64,000 nucleotides of DNA from Piromyces finnis finn (taxonomy: Eukaryota > Fungi > Neocallimastigomycota). The stretch is taken from NCBI GenBank assembly GCA_002104945.1, contig MCFH01000014.1:806001-870000 (forward strand), given 5' to 3'. The notes under the pieces are model-generated. The model worked only from the letters and a program-made list of their open reading frames with translations. It searched no databases and was not told the origin of the DNA. This document shows positions 10,660 through 22,478 of this stretch, one piece after another (within the stretch, counting starts at the first letter, position 1; each line of letters starts with the position of its first letter). Position numbers and translations under genes: made by a program.

Positions 10660-11351
10660 TAAAATTAAAAAAATATAATTGTTTGAAAATAAAAATTATG
10701 TAAATAAGATAAAGTTATGTTTGAAGAAATTAAGAAAGAAAAAAAAATTAAATCTTTATTATTATTTATTGATTAAAATATTTTAAATATAGACAAAGAG
10801 TCAAATTAAATAGTATTGGACCATCAAATATTTAATTTTATTAGTATTCAATACTAGGTCCCTTGTAGCTCTTTGTTGATAACGTAGATATTATCAATTA
10901 TTAATATTGGAAATGAAAATTTTCAATAAAAGGAATTAACGGTATTAGTTTCTTTATTGTCACTTACTTAATTAAGCGGAAAGAAAAAAAATAGGTTTAA
11001 TTCCCCGATTATTAATAATATCTAAACAACAAAGTATTACGTATAGGTGTCCAACTATCCACGCTAAGGGAGGTATTGAATCCTAACTTCTTTGTTATTT
11101 TAATATTTTTTCAAAAATAATAAATAAAATTTAATTTTATTTATTAAAAGTAGAAAACGTTTTATTTAGAAAATGAATTTTTTCTTTATTATTAAATTAA
11201 GCGTCCTGGCGCTCCCCTTATAATAACTGTGGGTTTTACTTTTGTTTTCAGTACCCTTATTGTTAAAATAAGCTTCACTGACTTACTTAATTTTTTAATA
11301 AATTAAAAATTCTTCCTTTTTTAAACACTAAGGTGTTATTATATATTTTAG

Positions 11352-11362
11352 GAGTTTTTATT
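11352..11362 (-). promoter_or_regulatory. Self-priming PBS of A
   Basis: Minus-strand AATAAAAACTC at the LTR end is complementary to GAGTTTTTATT in the LTR (plus 11511-11521), about 35 nt downstream of a TATAAATA. No TGG-type tRNA PBS. Confidence 0.85.
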
Positions 11363-11916
11363 GTAAAGAACTAATGTTCAATAAATAAAAACACAAATAT
11401 ATAAAAAGGAAAATAATAAAAGCAAATAAAAATTTTATTATTGAACACTTAACAAAATTATAACAGGTTAGTGTTTAATAATTTTATTTTTATTATAAAA
11501 TTTCTTTGTTAATAAAAACTCGAATTCCAAATAATTTTTTGAGAAATTTCACTCGTATTTATATAAATGTTTTTAAAAGTAAATTTATAAAAATTTTACA
11601 ACTTAATTTTTTAAGCCAATCAGAAATTATCTTCTTTGGTAAAATTTCGTTATAAAATATTTTAATAATTAAAAAAAAGATATTAATGAGGTTTCGAACT
11701 CGAGTAGTTCAAACCAAGGTCTTAGTTACTAACCACTAAGACAGGTTACTAATTTCTATGATTCGTTACATTCTAAAGAATAAATATTAATTTTTCATTT
11801 GGAAGTTTAAAGGGTTATTTTATATTTAAATTTAATTTCTTAAAAAACATATTTACTATATAATTGATAACATTCTGACCTGGCCGCATAACCAAATCCA
11901 AAAACTTAACATAGGA

Positions 11917-13108
11917 TATATTTCAGCTTGATATTAAAGCTGCCTACCTCAATGCTCCATTAGATACGGATATTTACACCACTATTCCGCTTGGAGATAG
12001 CAACTTTGGGGGAGGATACTGGAAGCTGCATAAAGCTCTTTATTGTTTAAAATAATCAGGAAGACAATGGAATAAAACAATAGATAAATTCCTGAAAAAT
12101 AATAACTTTAAACCATTAAAATCCGAACCATGTATATATACGTTAAAAGAAAACAAATACGTAAAATATATAATTGGTCTATATGTAGACGACATGGTTA
12201 TAGTTGGAAAAACAAATACAATAGAGAGGGTAATAAGCAAAATTAAAAGTAAATATAAAATATCAAATAGCGGTCCCATTAATTATATTCTAGGAATAAA
12301 AATTGAGAAGAAAGGTTCCAAATACATTATTTCTCAAGAGAATTACATTAATAATGTATTACAAAAATTTCATATGGAAAACGTACGTAGAAGAAATACG
12401 CCATGTACAACAGTTGACAAGAGCACCTCAAATAATAATCCTTTTGATAGGACTAAATATAAAAGTGCAATAGGTGCATTAATATACTTATCAAAAAGTA
12501 CTAGACCGGATATTGCTTTCGCCGTTAATAAAGCTGCAAGAAAATCCGAAAACCCAACAGTATCTGACTGGAATACAATTGTAAACATTTTCAGATACTT
12601 ATCCACTACAAAACACTACAAAATCGAATACAGTGGTGAAGGGAAAATCCAAGGATACACTGATTCGGACTACGGAGGCGCAGAAGACTTTAAATCTACC
12701 TCTGGAGGGATAATCTTAATGGGAAACAGCCCAATATGCTGGTTGTCAAAGAAACAAACATGTGTGGCTACGTCTACTGCTGAGGATGAGTACATAAGTA
12801 CGTCAATGAATACGAAGAAGATCCTATGGCTTAAAAATATGGTAGATGAAATTTTTAACTACAATAAAAATATAACTTTATTCACCGACAACAAGGCAAG
12901 TAAGAAAATAATAGAAAACGGTGAAATAAACACAAAGTTAAAACACATAAATATACACTACCATTTTATTATTGACAACATAGAAAAGAACAATATAAAA
13001 ATAGAATATATAAACACTAAAGAAATGCTAGCTGACCCTTTAACTAAAGACCTACCTGGTCCAAGAATGTTTGAATATACAAATAAGATATTCTTAAAGA
13101 AAATCTAA
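11917..13108 (+). pseudogene. pol: Ty1/copia RT-RNase H remnant
   Basis: QLDIKAAYLNAPL; ALYCLK*SGRQW (stop at 12053, canonical LYGLKQSGR); LYVDDM; YTDSDYG; KHINIHYHFI; MLADPLTK. PPT TGAGGGGGAG at 13111-13120. Confidence 0.93.
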
Positions 13109-14929
13109 TTTGAGGGGGAGTGTGAACATTTATGGACACATAATTTTATTTATCTATATCATATATTTATAAACACACGTGACTATTTTATAAAAACATA
13201 AACATGTATTAAAAGTGTTGTAAACGTAATGTCTACGTGTTGTAGAGATAGTTATTTTTTATTTATTTTATTTTATTTTCTATGGTCACATGACCTTATA
13301 TCTGATATAAGTTTCTTTTATGTTGTAGTAATTTAATATTAGTTTATTTATAATTTATTATATTAGGTGAAAAATATTTTATTACTATTAACTTCTCTCT
13401 TATTAATAATTTCACTTATAATATTTTCTTATTAATTATTAAAGCTCTTCTCTTTCTAATTATTAATTATTTTTACATGAATATTTTTATATTATAAAAT
13501 TCCTATAATTGAATATCAATTATATAATGTAATGTATTCATAATATATGAATAATAATTAAATAGGATATAGTATAATATATTTTACATTTTATATGAAA
13601 TATTACTATATAAGGAAAGGTAATGTAATACAAATAAGTATTACAATAAAATTAATACTAATATATAATATTAATATTTAAGAATATAATGAAATATGTA
13701 CATGAATTCTATAACTAATATATAAATAATGTATTATAATATATATCAATTATTATATTATTATTATGAAATATTTGATATAAATTTTTATAGATGAAAT
13801 TGAATATTTTAAATAATAAAAATTATTTTAAATATTGGCTAATATGTAGCTAGACATATTAATTTCATATCAGAAACTTCCCTGCTAGAATTGAGCTATA
13901 ATTATTAATTATTTGATATAATTAAAATAATTATATGCGAAATAATTTAATAAAATTTATATTGAAATATTTTTATAATTATATTGTAAAGATATAATAT
14001 ATATCTTTAGATTATTTAATAATTAATTATTAATTATTAAATAATAAATTAATATTTAGTAAAACTGATTATAAAATTTTTGAGTAAATTTTATGGAATA
14101 ATTTAATAATAAATTATTTTATAATAATTCCGTTAAATTTAAATTAAGATAAATATTTAAGTTTAAGGAATAAAAGAATTTTAATTAAATTTAAATATTT
14201 CAAATATTTTAAATAATTAAAATATTTTTCAAATATTTTTTTATTTAATTTTAGAATAGATTATACTTTTTTATTTAAATTTAGAATAGTTTAATAATTT
14301 TAACTTAGTTTTAAAAATAGATTTATTTATATTTCAATAGGAAATATATTAAGAATAGTATTGATAATATTAAATTAATTTATAGAAAATACATGGGCTT
14401 TATTCAATTTTGAGTTTACTCAAATTGAATTAAAAGTATAATGAATTAGTTTAGTTTAGTTCTGTTATTTTATTATTTAATTAAATTAGTTTTGTTTATT
14501 TTATATTAAATATATGTTTATTTAAATAGAATAATATATTAGAATATAATTATGAAAAAATATAAATACATGTAATTTTTATTTGTTAAATCGATGTAAT
14601 TGTTATTTTCAATTTTTTAATTATTAACTATTATATAGTTAATAATCTTTTTAAGAGTTTTAAATAAAATGATTTTTAAAATAAAAATTTAATGTTTTAT
14701 TTTTTTATTTTTGTGTTAATAAAAATTGTTTTGTTTTAAGTATGAAATCTGTTTTAAATTTTATACTTTTACAATAACAATTACCTTTTCTTATTAAAAA
14801 ACACGTTTTATATTTAATAATAAAACAATTTTTATTTTCTGAAGTTACAACATTGGGAATTGCTACCGTAGAAAATTTGGAACTTTTCGGAAATTTTTTC
14901 TCTTCGGAAATTTTTTTGTCTACTTGAGA

Positions 14930-15225
14930 AGCCTACCTTGTGGAACTATTTATGGTGTAACTTCTGTCAGTGTAACATCAATTTTGTGTTACCCTACTTT
15001 GTGAAATTCTAAATAAATTTTGTGAATACTACCTTGTGAAACCCTACTTTGTGGAACTATAATTGTGGAATTTTTACTTGTGGAACACTACCTTGTGAAA
15101 TCCTCCCTTCGTGGAATTCTTTTGAACGAATCTCGTGGAACTTTGCTTGTGGAACATCTTTACTTTGTGAAACTTTCTTTTATATATTAGAATTGGAATG
15201 AGTGTAACTCTACTTTGTGAAACAA
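14930..15225 (+). repeat. About 12 irregular copies of ctac(t/c)ttgtg(g/a)aa in the NA leader
   Basis: Recurrent TTGTGGAA/TTGTGAAA/CGTGGAA cores, mostly 13-20 nt apart in the central part. Confidence 0.85.
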
Positions 15226-15329
15226 TGAAATCTTTATATATAAAATCTATCTGTAATACTAATAGAAATATATTTATGAAATACTCTTGTTTTTAAATTG
15301 ATGAAACTCTTTTAAAATTAAATTTAATT

Positions 15330-16870
15330 ATAATATACTATAAAAAGAACTCGCTCGACACCGTTTGATAGGATAGAGTCTGAGCGACATCTTTTATACA
15401 TAGTATATTATAAATTAAATTGGATATATACAATTAAAAGAGTAAATTAAATCAAAAAATTAATTGCAAAGTAAGAAAATTAAAACTTATTTAAAAAGGA
15501 AGAAAATTAAGAAAAAGTTAATAAAATTTTAAAATTATTTAAATATATTGAGAAATAAGTGAATTAGTATGTTGATTTCACTTATTTGAATGAATTATTA
15601 ATTGTTATTTTGAAATGAACTTATTATATACTTAAAAGACCTCGCTCGACACCGTTTGATAGGATAGAGTCTGAGCGACATCTTTTAAACATGGTATATA
15701 ATAATTATAGAATTATTTAAAATATATTGTATGAAAATTAAAATTTTGATATTTATTAATTAAAATGAAATTGAGAAATAAGTGAATTAAAATGTAAATA
15801 TCACTTATTGGAAAAAGTTATTTTATTGAAATATATTTATTATATATTATAAAAGACCTCGCTCGACACCTTTTGATAGGATAGAGTCTGAGCGACATCT
15901 TTTAGACGTAGTATATAATAATTTTAGATTTATTTAAAATACATTGAGAAATATGAAAATTAAAATTTTGATATTTATTAATTAAAAGTAGTTGAGGAAT
16001 AAGTTATCTTATTGAAATAAATTTATTATATACTATAAAAGACCTCGCTCGACACCTTTTGATAGGATAGAGTCTGAGCGACATCTTTAGATATTGTATA
16101 TAATAAATTAAATTGAATATATAATTAAAACAAATTAAAATTTGATTATATAATAAGTAAATTTGAAATGAATTTATTATATACTTAAAAGACCTCGCTC
16201 GACACCTTTTGATAGGATAGAGTCTGAGCGACATCTTTTAGATATAGTATATAATAAATTAAAATTAAGAAATGAATTAAAATTTTACAATAAAAGTAAA
16301 AGTAATAAATGTGTAAAGTTAGTTAAATAAATAAATTATTCTTTATTATAATAAGATTTCGATGACACCTTTTTAGAGGACAGAGTCAGATCGACATCTT
16401 TTTGGGAAATAGTATATAATAAATTAAATTGAAAATACTATAAATTAATTTAACTTGAAAATTTGAAATATATAATTTTATTTAATGAAGTTAGAAAATG
16501 ATTTGATATTTAAAATCACTTTTAAAATAATTTAATTTTATACTAAATAAATAATTCGATGACACCTTTTCTTTAAAGGATAGAGTCAGGTCGACTTCTT
16601 TAATATGAAGATACAATATAAATTCGATTAACTAACTAAATAAATAAAATATATTCAAGGATTATATATTATTAATTAAATTGGATAAATACAATTAAGA
16701 AGTTTATTAAATAATATATTAAAATATTATGAAGTAATACGAAAACGAGCTTAAAAAAAAAAAAAAAATTTAAATTCATTGTAATAACATGTTTTATACT
16801 TTATAAAGAATTCGCTGACACCAGTTGATAGGATGGAGTCAGGTCGACTTCTTTTATATAAAGGTGTATT
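15330..16870 (+). ncRNA. Array of 8 conserved long hairpins (putative structured RNA elements) in NA
   Basis: GACACC cores at 15357, 15648, 15865, 16051, 16201, 16364, 16561 and 16817. Invariant TCG..GACACC..AGGA..GAGTC.G..CGAC.TCTTT. Compensatory stem changes between copies. Confidence 0.7.
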
Positions 16871-18169
16871 TTATATAACTGAATATTTGACTAAATAGAA
16901 GATTCTTAATAATTAGAATATAAATTTAAAGCTTTTTTAATTTGATTTGAATTTATCAACAAAAGTCAATACAAATTTAGTTATTTAAAAAGTTATACAT
17001 TTATTAAAAAAAAAATTATTTTTATATTTAGTAAATTAAGATAATTTGATTGTAATAGTTTATTAAATAATTTATTAAACAAATGATTAAGAATAAATAA
17101 TTAAAATAATTTGAATTCAATATGAGGAGGTTTTACAAATTTAGTTGTTAAATAAATTATGTTTTTTATATTTAATAAATTAAAATAAATTAATTAAATA
17201 AAGAATTTTTTATAAAGAAGTTATTGTATATCTAGTTAATAAGTTTATATTTTTATTAAGAAGTAAGTTTTATATTTAAAAGATTCAAATAACTTGAATA
17301 AATTAATATAGTAGTTTTGATTGAATAATTATAAAGTTAAATAAATATATAATAAGAAATGAGTGTAATATTTTTTATTCTTAATAATATGATGGTAGTG
17401 AAATCAGAGCTAGAAAATTAATCTATTCTGGATCTGTTCTTAATTTCATTTATCTGGATTTTATAAAGAATAAAATGAAAATAAAAAGAAACAAGAAAGA
17501 AGAACAATTCAGTAATGAAATAATAAATTTGAAAATTCCAATGTTTTAAAAAGAAACTTAATGAATTACTGAATTGTGGAGGATTATAACAAAATGTTAA
17601 GTACATTCGTCCTATGGAAAATAATGTTATCTAAATAATTTTGATTATAATAAATGTAATTTAAAAAATAAATATGATTGTAATGTATTAGTATTGTAGA
17701 ATTAGAAATAGCTATAATAGAAATTAATGAGGAATAGTTTTAGTAATAGTAACAACTTGATAGTATAATAGTTAGTATTAATAATAATTAAAAAAAAAAA
17801 ATAGAATTAATAAATACAACAAATGAAAAAAAATATAATAAAATGTAATAAATAGAATAAAGTAATAAATAGAATAAGTTAATAAATATGATAAATGTAA
17901 TAAATAGAATAAATTAATAAATATAATAAGTTAATAAATATGATAAATGTAATAAATATAATGAATAAAACAAATATAAATTAATGTAATATGTATAATA
18001 ATTATAAGAGTTTTTAATAAATGAATAGTTTTTATGTACTTAATAAAACGAACTTTATAAAGAAAAAAAAAAGATTTTAATCTTTATACAATTCTTTTTA
18101 ATGGAAGTATAATGAGATTGATAACTATAATTACTATATATTGATTGTAGGAAATTAAATGATATAATT

Positions 18170-19500
18170 ATTGAAATTCATATATTCCTTTAATCAATAA
18201 ATAAGATAAATGGAGTAAAATATGTTTTTAAACTAAATTTAAATATATCAATAGCTTAGTAAGAATTAAATAAGGTGATGAATTTAAAATTGCTTTAATC
18301 TTTATATGGCATTTTTAATTTATTATCATACCTTTTATTCAAAAATGTATCAGCTCTATTTTAATATTTTAAGTGATGCTTTTGATGAAGTATTTTAATT
18401 ACTTTATAATTAATAATATTTAGTACAACATTATGTATATGTTTATATCAATTCTGTGATGTTTTATTGATGATATTTAAATTTATGAATTCATTTTTAA
18501 AAAAGAAATAATTTTATAATACCATATATTGATAAATTATAAAATAAAAGAGAATTATAAATATGCTAAAAGTATTTTAAAAATGTCTAAAAATGATAAA
18601 TTTGTTAATTAAATTATAGTATTTACTTGATGACTTGATACCACTTTTGTTTATTTAATAATAAGATTAAAAAAAAATAGTGGTATAGTTAATATAATTA
18701 TTGAATGATGTTTTTCCATTATTATTAATGAATGTTAATTTTTTTACAAATATTTTATTACTAAGAATTTTGTTATATTTATTTGCTTAATAATAACCTT
18801 TAAAAAAAAAAAAAGTTCCACTTGGTTTAAAGTTTGTACAATAATAAAAAACATTTAATACTCTTTAAATGCTATTTTCTTTATAATTTTAGAATTGTCT
18901 GTTTGATATATTTTATATAAATTTTATCACAGACTTTTCATTTAAATGAGAGGGTGAACGAGATATTGTTCCAATATCTCCGTTGGTTAATAAAATCGAA
19001 TTGATTGTTATATTGGAATCTACTTATAATATTTTATTGTAATCAATCAATCAATTTCAATTTTATACAAACTATGGATTTAATTTAAAATTTAATATTG
19101 AAATTTCTTCAGCTAATAAACCAAAGAAAGTTGAACAGATTACTATAAGTATTAATAAAAAGTATTAAAATTGTAAAATAGAATTTTAATCATGCATAAG
19201 AAGATTATAAAAGTCATGATGATCAAGAAGAATTGAATAAATAAAAATTTGAAACTTAAAGTAAATGTTTTGTTTTGAATACTTAAATAAAAATGTTAAT
19301 AGAAAACAATTTATAAATAACCATAATCTGAATATAAAAACAAATGGATTCTTGATGATTAAGTTTTAGATAAATTATTAGAATTATGTATAAGTAACAA
19401 GAATGATAATAAGAGTATAAATAAATTAAATACTTATATATTTTTTTAACAATGTTATGATTTAGAAAAAGTAGTAACCATTTGTTATTTAAATTTCTTC
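18170..19500 (+). pseudogene. Fossil, heavily deleted chromovirus pol inside NA
   Basis: LVRIK*GDEFKIA at 18256-18294 (cf. LVRIKKGDEYKTA in A), ERVNEILFQYLR at 18948-18983 (cf. ERVNSVVEQYLR), FYTNYGFN (cf. FFLNYGFHP). Confidence 0.8.
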
Positions 19501-20560
19501 AAGAAAATAATCTCGCAGGAGCTCGACTTAAAGGGCGAGATTGTAAAGATATAATATATATCTTTAGATTATTTAATAATTAATTATTAATTATTAAATA
19601 ATAAATTAATATTTAGTAAAACTGATTATAAAATTTTTGAGTAGATTTTATGGAATAATTTAATAATAAATTATTTTATAATAATTCCGTTAAATTTAAA
19701 TTAAGATAAATATTTAAGTTTAAGGAATAAAAGAATTTTAATTAAATTTAAATATTTCAAATATTTTAAATAATTAAAATATTTTTCAAATACTTTTTAT
19801 TTAATTTTAGAATAGATTATACTTTTTTATTTAAATTTAGAATAGTTTAATAATTTTAACTTAGTTTTAAAAATAGATTTATTTATATTTCAATAGGAAA
19901 TATATTAAGAATAGTATTGATAATATTAAATTAATTTATAGAAAATACATGGGCTTTATTCAATTTTGAGTTTACTCAAATTGAATTAAAAGTATAATGA
20001 ATTAGTTTAGTTTAGTTCTGTTATTTTATTATTTAATTAAATTAGTTTTGTTTATTTTATATTAAATATATGTTTATTTAAATAGAATAATATATTAGAA
20101 TATAATTATGAAAAAATATAAATACATGTAATTTTTATTTGTTAAATCGATGTAATTGTTATTTTCAATTTTTTAATTATTAACTATTATATAGTTAATA
20201 ATCTTTTTAAGAGTTTTAAATAAAATGATTTTTAAAATAAAAATTTAATGTTTTATTTTTTTATTTTTGTGTTAATAAAAATTGTTTTGTTTTAAGTATG
20301 AAATCTGTTTTAAATTTTATACTTTTACATATATAAAAAAAATTAAAATTTTTTATAAAAATTTTTATATTTAAAATTTTTTTTTTTGTTTTGTTTTGTT
20401 TATATATATATGTATATATCTTCCTATTATTATTAATAATTAATATAATTATTAATCTACTAAGTTATCAATCTTCCTCTTACTTATTATTATAATTATA
20501 TACTTATATAGTTAGTATATATATATTTTAATACATTTATAATTTTATTTCATTTTATTT

Positions 20561-21148
20561 CTACTCCCTGAATGGTAATATATTTTTAAAATGGACATTT
20601 CTTTCTAAATATTGTCCCGTCAGTTCATCTTGTAATTTAGCTGTGTTCCAAGATATTTCTCTAATAATAAAAGGACCAATAAAATAGGGTTCTAACTTGT
20701 TTCTTTGTTGGTTCCTAATCTTTACCTTATCCCCTATTTTGTAGTTATTTTTATTGTTCATACTTTGTTGAGCTAATCTTCTACTTTTCCAATAATTTAT
20801 CGTCCCTAGCATTTTACTGGCAGCTTGTTTTACCCATTTGGCGTGGTCTATAAATCTTTCCATTAATAATTCTTCTATTGATCTTTCTTCTATACTTAAT
20901 ATTGAATTTCTTATATTTATATCAATTGGAATATTTTCTGATCTTCCATACAAGAGTTCAAAACTTGAATAACCAGTAGAAACAGATTTACAAGTTCGAA
21001 TAGCCCATAATGCAATTGGTAACAATACATCCCAGTTTTCATTGTTATCAGAGAAATTTCTTAATTGCTTACCAATTTCTCTGTTTCTGTTTTCCACCAG
21101 TCCATTAGATTCCGGATGGTATGTACTAATGAAATGAATGTATACATC
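20561..21148 (-). CDS. pol: C-terminal part of E integrase, cut off by insertion of B
   Basis: Continues the frame of the 27667 segment across TSD ACATC: ..DLYDVYIHFISTYHPESNGLVENRNREIG.. It aligns with C pol (HFVSPHHPQSNGMIENRNKEIG). PYFIGPF motif, no chromodomain. Confidence 0.92.
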   Translation of the reverse strand, partial: DVYIHFISTYHPESNGLVENRNREIGKQLRNFSDNNENWDVLLPIALWAIRTCKSVSTGYSSFELLYGRSENIPIDINIRNSILSIEERSIEELLMERFIDHAKWVKQAASKMLGTINYWKSRRLAQQSMNNKNNYKIGDKVKIRNQQRNKLEPYFIGPFIIREISWNTAKLQDELTGQYLERNVHFKNILPFRE

Positions 21149-21175
21149 TGTAATGAATACTAGAAATAACTAAAT

Positions 21176-21240
21176 TGTCTTAGTGGTTAGTAGCTAAGAC
21201 TTTGAGTCTGAATGACACTAGTTCGAGACCTCATAGATAC
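21176..21240 (+). promoter_or_regulatory. tRNA-like A-box/B-box module at the start of the chromovirus LTR (also 27255-27319; minus strand in A at about 5960-6022 and 11681-11743)
   Basis: TAGTGGTTAG ... TAAGA-CTTTGAG-TCTGA ... GTTCGAGAC, with tRNA-like GG-to-GTTC spacing (36 nt in B, 35 in A). Confidence 0.55.
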
Positions 21241-22478
21241 TATTTTAAAAAAATTATAATTTTATTTTATTTTATTTTATTTTTAAATTTTATTTTATAT
21301 GAAGATTATTGATTGGTTAAGAATTTTAAGTTGAAAAAATTTTATAAATTAATTTAAAAAATTTTTAGTATAAATACGAGTGAATTTTCCCAAATATTTT
21401 AAAGAATCGAGATTTTATTAATAAATAATTATATTATTAAACACTAACTTATTAAGTTAAATTCTATGTGTTTTTAATGATATTTTTATAAATTAATAAT
21501 TTACAGAATATTTTAAAGTGTTAATATTACTAAGTTATTTAGTAAATATTATAATTTGTTTTATTGTTAAAGACACATTTCTTTACAATAAAATCTCCTT
21601 ATAATATAAAAGCTTAATACCTTAGTGTTTAAGGAATTGTTATAGATAAAACTTTTAAGTTTTATTGTTGAAGCTTTTCTTTAAAGAAATATTTTTACTT
21701 AAAGTAGTAGAATTAGTACGCTTTAGAAGCGGTATATAATTCAAACTATAAAAAGTAAAAGATTAACGGGATCGAGTTTAACCTGTACAATAATTGGGTT
21801 GGCAGGCTCTGAGCTATTCTACTTTGAATAAGGAAGTAGGAGAATCCGAGGTACACCACGTACAAGACGCTGTAATAAGCAAGCTGGCGTGAGATTTATA
21901 GTTGTATACTATCTTTTGCTGTTTGATTATAGACCGGAAAATAGCCGGAAATGCCTTACTTTAATAAAATAATATTTCTTAATTAATACATTTTAAAATT
22001 AAGTTTTCTAATAAAACAATTTCTAATTTTTAATTATAATTATTAATTGTTAAGACAATTTATTAAAATTGTAATAATATAAAATAATATTCTTTATAAC
22101 TCCTTTAGCGTGAGAAGTTAAACTCTTATACATAATACTTCTACGTTCGGATAAGGTTGATATAGGGAAAGAAAACCTGTAATAATTTTTATTGCTAACA
22201 ATAAGTTAGACACTAAAAAAAATTTTTACACCGTTCCTTTCTTTTATTAATTTAATTAATATTAACAATCGACTTTATACGTGTTATCGTGAAGAGCTAC
22301 GAAGGACTTATTATAAAGAATAAAACAGGTTATATATTTGATGGTTTAACACTATATAATCTGGTTTGTATTATTATTTAATAAAAAGATTTACTCAATT
22401 AATAAATATAATTAAATACTTTATTCTATTATTTTTACAAATTTATTAAAGCTTATTAAAGAAAACATCATAAGTACT

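Larger units (their letters stand above)
5641..11770 (-). mobile_element. Element A: full-length chromovirus (Ty3/gypsy, Tf1/sushi-like) LTR retrotransposon
   Basis: 409-bp LTRs 5641-6049 and 11362-11770, identical by eye, TGT...ACA. TSD TTCTA (5636-5640, 11771-11775). PPT GGAGGAGGACCA at 6050-6061 (minus). Confidence 0.97.
4781..11911 (+). mobile_element. F-family solo LTR (~1 kb) split by element A
   Basis: 4781-5640 plus 11771-11911 match the uninterrupted copy 45437-46432. TSD TAGGA at 4776-4780 and 11912-11916. Confidence 0.92.
13985..20329 (+). mobile_element. Element NA: non-autonomous LTR retrotransposon (LARD-like, chromovirus-derived)
   Basis: LTRs 13985-14773 and 19542-20329 are near-identical. 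TSD TATAT. PPT AAAGGGCGAGAT. Self-priming PBS AATAACAATTAC (14773-14784) matches LTR 14596-14607. No long ORF in the 4.8-kb interior. Confidence 0.93.

Noticed and set aside
16004-16234. 76-aa ORF with repeated MSLRLYPIKRCRARSF
   Set aside because: By-product of two hairpin units read antisense; other units are not in frame.
15357-16860. Hammerhead ribozyme (CTGAGCGA resembles CUGANGA)
   Set aside because: There is an extra base in the core, no correctly placed GAAA, and the word changes to CAGATCGA/CAGGTCGA in copies 6-8.
15330-16870. CRISPR array interpretation of the palindromic repeats
   Set aside because: Spacers are 100-240 nt, AT-rich and partly homologous to each other, there are no cas genes, and the context is a eukaryotic LTR element.
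18957-18985. GAGATATTG/CAATATCTC hairpin as an RNA element
   Set aside because: It lies within the fossil integrase codons ERVNEILFQYLR and occurs once.
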